A stretch of 32,000 bases of DNA from Trichodesmium erythraeum IMS101 (GTDB lineage: Bacteria > Cyanobacteriota > Cyanobacteriia > Cyanobacteriales > Microcoleaceae), in assembly GCF_000014265.1 (NCBI RefSeq), contig NC_008312.1, positions 6,090,001-6,122,000 on the forward strand, written 5' to 3'. The translations under genes were made by a program, and so were the position numbers. Under the pieces are notes generated by a model, which worked only from the letters and a program-made list of their open reading frames with translations, was not told the origin of the DNA and did no database searches. Below, one piece after another: positions 7,812-15,663 of the stretch. Each line of letters opens with the position of its first letter. Position 1 is the stretch's first letter.

Positions 7812-8234
7812 AATTCAATAAAGCTTGGATAAATACAATTTAGTTATTAGTTATGCCTTATTTTTTATCCCTTATCAGTACCTCCAATGTTAGCCAGAAG
7901 CTTGAGACCTTATTCCTCCTTAATACAGCCCTTTTCAAATTGATGAACTACATCGCCATAACCAAAACCTTGCTGTAGTCTAGCAACATTAAAACTGCTG
8001 TAAGCCAGCCCTATAGATGTAATACTCAAACTTCTATCAGGGGATATAGCTACCGTACTCACTCCCCATGGGCAGATCCCAGAGCAAATAAAACAAATTA
8101 TTCAATTATGAAACTAATTCTTTCTAGTAATAACTTATCAATCATAGTTTGAGTTTTATCATTCTTGAACTTTTTCTAATTATAAGAAACAAATTATATT
8201 ACCGTTCTGAAAAACATAAGATTATCTAAATGAA

Positions 8235-8408
8235 CCTTTAATTTTTATCTAAATAATTAGTTCCATTCCTAGTTCACCCTAGCATGATCAGCGTTATCCA
8301 GTTTCCCCGGCAAAAATTAATTATCCTTTGATTTTTATCTAAATAATTAGTTCCATTCCTAGTTCACCCTAGCATGATCAGCATTATCCAGTTTCCCCGG
8401 CAAAAATT
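8235..8408. repeat. tandem duplication, 2 x ~84 bp with a 90-bp period
   Basis: CCTTTrATTTTTATCTAAATAATTAGTTCCATTCCTAGTTCACCCTAGCATGATCAGCrTTATCCAGTTTCCCCGGCAAAAATT occurs at 8235-8318 and 8325-8408. An inverted 11-mer GAACTAGGAAT at 8412-8422 is complementary to ATTCCTAGTTC at 8355-8365. Confidence 0.9.
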
Positions 8409-8861
8409 TCGGAACTAGGAATTAAAATTAATAGCTAAACTTAACACTAAATTCAAGTGTTTATCACAACTAAAACCACATTATTCACATCTCTAAACAA
8501 GTTCTGAGCAAAATAGAAAATGCTTGACATTACTCTAAAAGCTAGGGCATGTTAATTCATAATTTGACATATTTTCAGCTTTTTCTTTACTATAGTAAAT
8601 AGTAAATAATAAATGCTAAAACTACTAGTATCTCAATCTGAAATTTACTAAGGTAAACTAATAGTACCTCTGTCGCCTAAAAATTTATATTACCATTAGT
8701 ATAATTTTTAGAACTGCTTGACCTTATCCAAGCTAAATTCAATCACATTATCTTTTACTCTAGCTAATATTTCTCAGTACTATTTTCCCAAAACACTAGT
8801 AAAATTATCGTAAGGCTTAATTTTTTATCAAGAACAGCAACCTCTATATACTTAGGATAAA

Positions 8862-9791
8862 ATGAGCATAAATCAACCATTGAAAATTGTTTCTCTAATT
8901 CCTAGCGCTACAGAAACTATTGCAGCATTAGGATTAACTAAAGCTATTGTTGGTAGAAGTCACGAATGTAACTATCCTCCAGAAATTCAAAACTTGCCCG
9001 TTTGTACTAAACCTAAATTTAACCCTGATGGTAATAGTCGGGAAATTCACGAACGCGCTACGGAGTTATTACAGTCTGCTTTAAGTGTCTACCTTGTGGA
9101 ATTAGAAACATTAGAAAAATTACAACCTACTCATATTATTACTCAAGCTCAATGTGATGTTTGTGCCGTTAGTTTGGCAGATGTAGAAACAGCCGTCAAA
9201 AGTTTAACAAAAACCAATCCTCAAGTTATCTCTTTAGAGCCTAATTTATTAGCAGAAGTTTGGGCAGATATGGAACGAGTAGCAAATATTTTAGGAGTGA
9301 ATGGGAATGAAGTAATTTCTCAGTTGAAAAAAAGGGTAGCAGCTTGTGCAGAAAAAACGCAAAATTTAGCAACTAATAACATTCCAAAAGTAGCTTGTAT
9401 TGAGTGGAGTAACCCACTAATGGCAGCCGGAAACTGGATACCTGAATTAGTACAAATTGCTGGTGGAAATTCATTATTTGGAGAGTTGGGAAAACATTCT
9501 CCATGGTTAAAATTTGAGGAGTTATTAACTGCTAATCCAGATGTTATAATTTTTATGCCTTGTGGCTTTGATTTAGAACGTACTCGCCAAGATACTTTAG
9601 ACTTAATTAAAAGCTCAGAATGGCAAGATTTACCTGTAGTTAAATCAGGAAAAGTTTATATTACTGATGGTAATTCTTATTTCAATCGTCCGGGACCAAG
9701 ATTAGTAGATTCTTTAGAAATTTTAGCAGAAATTTTACACCCAGAATTGTTTAATTTTGGTTATCAAGGGATAGGCTGGGTGAAGTTATAG
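8862..9791 (+). CDS. periplasmic-binding-protein fold, BtuF-like cobalamin/iron-complex binding protein
   Basis: 309-aa ORF. KIVSLIPSATETIAALGL at the N-terminus and ...YFNRPGPRLVDSLEILAEILHP at the C-terminus are characteristic of the PF01497-type (BtuF/FhuD-like) family. No obvious signal peptide. Confidence 0.75.
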   Translation: MSINQPLKIVSLIPSATETIAALGLTKAIVGRSHECNYPPEIQNLPVCTKPKFNPDGNSREIHERATELLQSALSVYLVELETLEKLQPTHIITQAQCDVCAVSLADVETAVKSLTKTNPQVISLEPNLLAEVWADMERVANILGVNGNEVISQLKKRVAACAEKTQNLATNNIPKVACIEWSNPLMAAGNWIPELVQIAGGNSLFGELGKHSPWLKFEELLTANPDVIIFMPCGFDLERTRQDTLDLIKSSEWQDLPVVKSGKVYITDGNSYFNRPGPRLVDSLEILAEILHPELFNFGYQGIGWVKL

Positions 9792-10240
9792 TAATCCTAT
9801 TTTAGTTGTAATATTTATTTTGGTAGTAGCTAAATAAGATTTGTAGAAAAAAGTTTTATAAGTCAGATTAAAACTCAGAATTTATAACTTAGGAGAAATA
9901 ATAATTAATTAGGATATCCTTGATATCCTTCTTCAAAATAGCAATCAAAAATACCAAACTTGGTAAACATAGCAAGGATTTGAAAAACAATTATTAAGAC
10001 TTTTAATTCGTTTTTATAAATTTTAATTTACTCATACTTTATCTTGCTACTACATCTAAAGTAAAATCATTATTTTTTTAAATAAAAATACGACTATATT
10101 AAAGATTTTTTTTACACTTATCAAAGTATGGAAAGCTTATAATTATAGTTTAATACCTAAAAATTTTTGCTATTATATCAACTATATTGCCCGATAATTC
10201 ATCTGTGTAATCTTAATCTCAAAAAATCAGATAATTTATT

Positions 10241-11284
10241 ATGTATAGCCAACAAGTACAACAAATAAATCAACCCCAAAAAAATTCAGATATTCAATTA
10301 ATAAATATGTGGTTACAACAAATTCATCCCATACAGCAAAATTCTCATTTATATATAGCTCAAATGTTTCTAAAATTTATCAAAAAACCACTAAAAAAAG
10401 TAACTTCAGCAGATGTTATAGCATTTGCAAATGTGTATGGTGTTCGCTCTCATAACTCCCATTCCAATCAACAAAAACGAATAGAAACTATTAATTCCCT
10501 GCTAAAATTTGGTCAAGAAGCTGGCATACTTCCTAGAAATCAAAAAAAAACATTCTCTCCAAATACCACAAACTTCAAAACATCAGTTTATTCTCAAAAT
10601 AAAATTAAGAATTACCGAACTACTGGGAAACAGCAAAAAAAGCCATTAAACTGGTCCCAATTATTTAACCTACAGCTAGCTTCCTCCGTATTAATTGTTT
10701 TCATATTACTTATGGCAATCTTACAACTATTTCGACAAGTGAGTGGAAGTACAAATGCTAATCAAAATAAGTCAGTAACATCAGTAGTTATGCCTAAAAT
10801 AGATCCAACCAAAAATTGGGCTTATCCAGTAAATGTTCCTAGGATCAGAGCTTTTCTAGATACGATCGCTGTTACAGAAGGGACAACAGGACCGAAAGGT
10901 TATTATCGTCAATATACAGGTAGTCATTTCTTAAGCTTTGAAGACCATCCTAGAGAACTTAAATGTGCCAATAGTAATGGCAAGAAACTTTGTTCTGATG
11001 CAGCTGGTAGATATCAGTTTTTGAGTACTTCCTGGGATAGGTTTGCTCCTGTGGTCAAAGCTCAGAACTTTAGTCCTACCTATCAAGACCGTGTAGCTAT
11101 AGAATTAATTCGAGACAAAAATGCTCTGAAAGATATTGAAGAAGGGAGAGTAAAAGAAGCTTTTCAAAAGTTATATATGGTCTGGCCTTCATTTGGAGAA
11201 ACTGAAACAGATGTGGAACAACTCATGCCTAAACTTGTAGGAACTTATGAACAGAAATTAGCTCTTTATCAAATCAAAAATTAG
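10241..11284 (+). CDS. GH104 (phage lambda R-type) lysozyme / lytic transglycosylase domain protein with a TM helix and an N-terminal integrase-SAM-like region
   Basis: The C-terminal ~150 aa (FLDTIAVTEGT...YRQYTG...FEDHPRE...AAGRYQFLSTSWD...FSPTYQDRVAIELIRDKNAL) align by eye with lambda R lysozyme (FLDMLAWSEGT...DHPRK...GAGRYQLLSRWWD...FSPKSQDAVALQQI). A TM helix sits at LASSVLIVFILLMAILQLF. The N-terminal ~100 aa resemble a phage-integrase N-terminal SAM-like domain (weak). Confidence 0.85.
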   Translation: MYSQQVQQINQPQKNSDIQLINMWLQQIHPIQQNSHLYIAQMFLKFIKKPLKKVTSADVIAFANVYGVRSHNSHSNQQKRIETINSLLKFGQEAGILPRNQKKTFSPNTTNFKTSVYSQNKIKNYRTTGKQQKKPLNWSQLFNLQLASSVLIVFILLMAILQLFRQVSGSTNANQNKSVTSVVMPKIDPTKNWAYPVNVPRIRAFLDTIAVTEGTTGPKGYYRQYTGSHFLSFEDHPRELKCANSNGKKLCSDAAGRYQFLSTSWDRFAPVVKAQNFSPTYQDRVAIELIRDKNALKDIEEGRVKEAFQKLYMVWPSFGETETDVEQLMPKLVGTYEQKLALYQIKN

Positions 11285-11504
11285 AATTAATTTCTGGGAA
11301 ATCAAAAGTTATAAGTAATCTCTAACTAAATTTGATCATCTATAAATATCTAAGCCCTATCTGGGAATCAAAAGTCAATCTCCATCTTATATAAAATCCA
11401 GTTGAATAGTTATTGTTTTGTTGGGGTTAAGAAGTAAGAGACCTAACCCTAACTACTACCACCAATAGGAGTAGATAAAATTGAAATTAATGATATATAA
11501 ACCG

Positions 11505-11580
11505 ATAGCTAGATGAGACCTCGGGAGAAACTTACCAAAAGTTCAAATAGCTAGATGAGACCTCGGGAGAAACTTACCAA
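11505..11580. repeat. 34-bp direct repeat x2 (period 42 bp)
   Basis: ATAGCTAGATGAGACCTCGGGAGAAACTTACCAA at 11505-11538 and 11547-11580. Confidence 0.9.
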
Positions 11581-11869
11581 CAGTGCAAAACAAAAAATTA
11601 TCAAATTTATCCCACAATCATTTGAGTACATTAATTAACTATCAGTAATATGATCTTTTCTCATCAAAAATTACACTCAGCTTTTAACTACAATTCTCCT
11701 CCCAATCTTATAAACTTAGTTATATTTTCTGATTTTTCATCCTCCAGCCCCGTTATAGAAGAAGAAAATACCTGAGAGAATTTGAATCTTTATAAATTTA
11801 AAATTCCCCCCCTACTTGCGTAGCGTTATAGAATATTTGTTTTTACTAATTTTAATTAACAAAAAAATT

Positions 11870-12787
11870 ATGTTATGCCCTATTTGCGGTACAGAATACC
11901 TTGAAACAGTGCCAGAATCTTGCTCTATTTGTGAATGGAATTTAACATCTGAATCTGCTTTCTTTGCTACGGCAGAAATTTACCAAAAAAAAGAACAAGC
12001 ACAGTTGAACTGGGCTAGAAAAACTTGGCAAATGCTACAAGCCAAAGAACATTCTAGCCATCATAATCACAATTCTGGTTTACCAAATGTAGCAGCAGAT
12101 AAAATAAATGACAAACAGAATTACTTAGCCATTCAAAAACAACTAGATCAAATACAAGCTCAATTACATCAGGCAACAATAGAACGCCTTCAACTTCATT
12201 CTCAACTAGAATGGGTACTTTATCATCTCGAACAACTTAACTCAGAGACTTTAGCACAAACCCTATATCGTATTGATGAAAAGTTGCATTCCATACCAAC
12301 TCCAGAACCGCCAATGTCAGAAGTGGGGATAAACTATAACCCGTTAATAAATCTTTTGGCTGCTAGAAAATGGCGAAAAGCAGATGAACTTACTTGGGAA
12401 CTGCTGCTGCAAGCTACTTTGAGAGAGGAAGAAGGTTGGCTACACTTAGCAGACATTGAGAATTTTCCTTGCACAGACCTTTGTACTATTAATTGGCTTT
12501 GGGAATATTATAGTGATGGATTGTTTGGCTTAAATACGCAACAACGTATATGGGAAAGTGTGAGTGGGCAATATGAAGATTTTTGCGATCGCTTGGGATG
12601 GCGAGATGGAGAAAATTGGAAATATTATGATGAACTCTCTTTTAACCTGGAAGCTCCAGAAGGTCACTTACCTATAATTATATGGCGACGACGTGCTTGT
12701 TATGGGGTAGGTCAAATGATGGCTGGAGAAACTTTTTTGGCTTTGAGAAGACGGGTGACAACTTGTACTGGTATGACTACGGACTAA
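11870..12787 (+). CDS. zinc-ribbon / coiled-coil / GUN4-domain protein
   Basis: The track ORF opens at TTG 11816; the in-frame ATG at 11870 (MLCPICGTEY...CSICEW, a Cys4 zinc ribbon) is the more plausible start. The C-terminus (RKWRKADELTWELLLQ...GWLHLADIENFPCTDLCTINWLWEYYSDGLFGLNTQQRIWESV...LGWR...LSFNLEAPEGHLP) matches the GUN4 domain pattern. A HIP1 site lies at 12585. Confidence 0.85.
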   Translation: MLCPICGTEYLETVPESCSICEWNLTSESAFFATAEIYQKKEQAQLNWARKTWQMLQAKEHSSHHNHNSGLPNVAADKINDKQNYLAIQKQLDQIQAQLHQATIERLQLHSQLEWVLYHLEQLNSETLAQTLYRIDEKLHSIPTPEPPMSEVGINYNPLINLLAARKWRKADELTWELLLQATLREEEGWLHLADIENFPCTDLCTINWLWEYYSDGLFGLNTQQRIWESVSGQYEDFCDRLGWRDGENWKYYDELSFNLEAPEGHLPIIIWRRRACYGVGQMMAGETFLALRRRVTTCTGMTTD

Positions 12788-13788
12788 ATTTCAAATAGAT
12801 GAGAATTTTTTAATAGTAATAGTGACTACTATTTGTTACTTATATAAGCAAAATAAATATTTATGAAAGAATAATTTTAAAATTTCCATGTTAAGCAAAT
12901 TATGAACAAATGTAAAAATAGAGGGTTTATTGACACTATTCTCAATTATTTTACGACTTTACTTGATTTGGAGTCTATGATATGATTTTCTAAATTCACA
13001 GGCTTGGTTTGACTAACTTATTAAAAAAAAGCTGCAAACTATCTTAAATTGGTATAATGTTAAGCAATATTAAATATAATCTCGGGACGAAAAAAACAAA
13101 TTTTCCAGAAACAACTTAACATATAGAAGCCCAAAATTTGACAAAAACATATACTTATGCATACATAATTTTGCTAAACCAACGTTTTTTGTAATAAGCC
13201 ATCAATTTTTTTTGGAGGGATGAGCTATAATAAAAAATATTCACTCCTTAGCATTACCATTTATTTCTGTTCTTACCAAGAACGAACTACTTCCTCAAAA
13301 ATTAGATTTTTTTTCCACTTGAGTGATAAAAATCAACTAGTAAAGTCAATATTAGGGTTAGTTAACTTTGAGTGATTTGATGATATTTTTTTGATATAAA
13401 TCTATATATACTTAAGAGTACAAAGTTAAGTTCTCCTAAAAAAACTATTAGCCTTAAAAGCTGAAAGTATTATAGGAAAAGGCTTACCGTATTTATCGTT
13501 ACTTTGAGAAAGTGTCTCACCTTGAGATAGCTATAAGCCAAAGCTCGCAATAGTTATTCCCAGAACTTCCCACTGTCTAGTACATATACTTATACAGCTA
13601 TAACTTATCAAACTTAACTGATTGATTGTGGTTAAATTAGACCAAAAGAGTAATTTGTGGTGTAGACTCAACCCACCGCCTAACCAGATTTCTGATAAAT
13701 TGCCTAACTGCAAGACTTTGTAATTAAAACTTCTATGAGCGCCAACCCACCTAAGCGACATATAGTTATTTTAAATAAAACTGAGACA

Positions 13789-14641
13789 CTATTTGGCACA
13801 ATAATTACGAATAACTTCATCAAGAGATGTCTTGATAGGTGAATAAATTCTAGCTCTTTTTAATGCACTAAAATCATGTTCTTAGTCATTTAAATCAGGA
13901 GAGTATTTTGGCAAAAATAGTAATTGGTGACCCCCTGCTTCTACTAATTCTCTAATAACGTTTTTTCGTAATTAATAGGTGAATTATCCGTGCAGCAGTA
14001 CACTGGGAATTTTTAATAATGGTAATAAATGTTTATCTAACCATTGTTCAAATCCCGCGACATTTATACTTCCTTTGAATATAATTGGTGCTATTAAATC
14101 TTTTTCCTTTTTTCTTCTCCCGGCTACTAAATTTTCTCTTTTACCTCGTTTTCCCTCTTGCTCACCATAAACTTTTTTCTCTTTTTTTGACCAGGCATAA
14201 ATACAGTCTTAATTATCTTTAAATCCTGATTCATCAATAAATACAAGGCTTTTACTTCCAAATTTTTTTATCAAATTTCGTAGTTTCTGATAATATTTTA
14301 TCCTTTCTTCTATATTTCTTTCTCTATAACAAAGTTGTTGATTTTTTCAAGGAAAATTCATTTTTTTTAAAGCATAAAATATAGCTGGTTGATTAACTCC
14401 AAATTTTTTAGCTCTGTCTGACAATAAGCAACTCTAGATTTGCTGTTACAACTTTTTCTAATTCTTTCCAATCTAATTTTATTTGACAACTTTTTACCTT
14501 AGTTGCTGACAATTTTGGCCTAAATAAACATCTATATATCGAAGCTATTCCTATCACAAATGTATGAGCTGCTTTAGTAATTGTACCGCCATTTTCTACA
14601 AAATTTATTACTTTTTATCTGAAGCCTAAACTGTCAGGCAT
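13789..14641 (-). pseudogene. IS630-family (Tc1/mariner-like DDE) transposase relic with multiple stops and frameshifts
   Basis: Reverse-strand reading from ATG 14639-14641: MPDSLGFR*KVINFVENGGTITKAAHTFVIGIASIYRC... then ...LVAGRRKKEKDLIAPIIFKGSINVAGFEQWLDKHLLPLLK... and ...LLFLPKYSPDLND*EHDFSALKRA...EVIRNYCAK*. The YSPDLNPIE-type motif is the IS630 hallmark. At least 8 in-frame stops or frame changes. Confidence 0.7.
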
Positions 14642-15663
14642 AGTTCAAAATATTTTCTAGTTGACTTAATTTTATTATACCCAATTCTTGTTTCAATCTT
14701 AATTAAAACTACTATAAATGTTTAAAAGCAAAGACTTTCTTGTTGGCATTAGGAGATACCCCATAGTAATTTAATCTTACTGTCCATTGTTCACAATCAT
14801 TAGCACTAATAGTATTGGCTACTCATTGTTGTATCAGTAATAGCAGCTTCAGTTACTGAAAGACAAGTAGCAACAAAGCTATTATCAAAGGAAAGAAATA
14901 ACAGACATAAATCTACCTTGTGGTTATTACTATTTTTGCCAATGCTGCCTTGACGGAAGAAGATTTCATAAAGTTAATCATAGATTTTTTTTGCTTAATC
15001 ATCGAAAAACTTTTATGTCCAAAAGAAACTATATGGCTTTAAGATTTGACTCAAACGATGGGTAAAACGAAAAAACATAATGTTGGTTTAATTTGTAGAG
15101 AAGATTCAACAAGTATGAATAGAGAAATGCTACTAGAGAATAGTCCCCAGAAATAAATTTTTTATACCATCCTCTAACATTATCTACACTTTTGTTCGGC
15201 TTCCCTCACAGTTATAGGAATCGCCATTACTATATAATTAAACATATGGGGGTTAATAATTAACTCTCAAAGTCTTTCATTATATTGGCTAAAGCCTTTT
15301 GCTTTTGCTAATCGAAAAAAGAGCCAAAGGGAAGGATAAAATCAGTTCATAATTATAGGATTAATGAGGCAGAATAATTCTGAAGGCTTTAAGGGACAAA
15401 TGCATCCCACTACCTCCTTCATTTCCCGTTTCGTCCTAATGCTCTTAAATGCAACGTCCGTAGAAAATGTGAATAATTTATATCCTCCATGGGTGCGGTT
15501 GGAGCAAAAAAGCTGTTAGTTCATTTCTTAATAGTTGCAATTTCACATAAGCATAGTATTATTTTTTCCTTCTTTACTATAAGGAGGGAGGGTTTGCTCC
15601 TAACTTCAGCTATAATCCAACTTATTGTATAAATAAATAGTATCTTAGATAGATTTTTGAGCA

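Larger units (their letters stand above)
4260..7824 (+). repeat. 3.57-kb higher-order tandem array: 141-bp units made of a 91-bp constant core plus one of two 50-bp cassette types
   Basis: A cassettes start at 4260, 4401, 4541, 4681, 4822, 4963 and 5104. B units (TAGCTCTAGC) start at 5241, 5382, 5664, 5805, 5946, 6087, 6228, 6510, 6651, 6792, 6933, 7074, 7215 and 7772. A' units (TAGCTATGGATGCT) start at 5523, 6369, 7356, 7490 and 7631. The period is 141 bp (140 in places). The unit at 7356 is 134 bp because it lacks one TTATCAA heptad. The array ends inside a B cassette at about 7824. Confidence 0.97.
5241..7824 (+). repeat. array block 2: B-type (terminator) units punctuated by A' units; order B2 A' B5 A' B6 A' A' A' B
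   Basis: Direct reading of unit starts (listed in the whole-array feature). A' cassettes read ATGGATGCTTATGCAAGTCAGAGTGTTAATGATTGA (MDAYASQSVND*). The core variant is TTTyTGGAAGCTT. Confidence 0.95.

Noticed and set aside
4260-7824. A CRISPR array.
   Set aside because: The constant part is 91 bp, far longer than CRISPR repeats. The spacers come in only two or three sequence types repeated many times. No cas genes or leader are present in the window.
4297-7824. A replication origin, iteron or DnaA-box cluster, based on TTATCAA heptads (TTATCAACT versus the DnaA box TTATCCACA).
   Set aside because: The match is only 7/9. No dnaA/dnaN or AT-unwinding context is present. The heptads are explained as an internal micro-repeat of the unit. 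I cannot support this from the sequence.
8430-8861. A cobalamin riboswitch in the long leader of the BtuF-like gene. A TTGACA-18-TACTAT promoter-like pair at 8564-8593 would give a ~270-nt 5' UTR.
   Set aside because: The leader is extremely AT-rich. I find no B12-box-like element (GCCACTG core) and no G+C-rich paired regions. An Rfam scan would be decisive.
11816-11869. A TTG start at 11816 for the GUN4-domain gene, as given by the ORF track.
   Set aside because: The added 18 residues (MRSVIEYLFLLILINKKI) are AT-rich filler. The in-frame ATG at 11870 opens directly on the zinc-ribbon motif MLCPICG.
13531-14170. Track ORFs 13531-13761 (-) and 13979-14170 (+).
   Set aside because: The second lies antisense within the IS630 transposase relic. 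The first lies in the IS-flanking segment bracketed by the 9-bp inverted repeat. Both have low-complexity, non-native-looking composition and no RBS.
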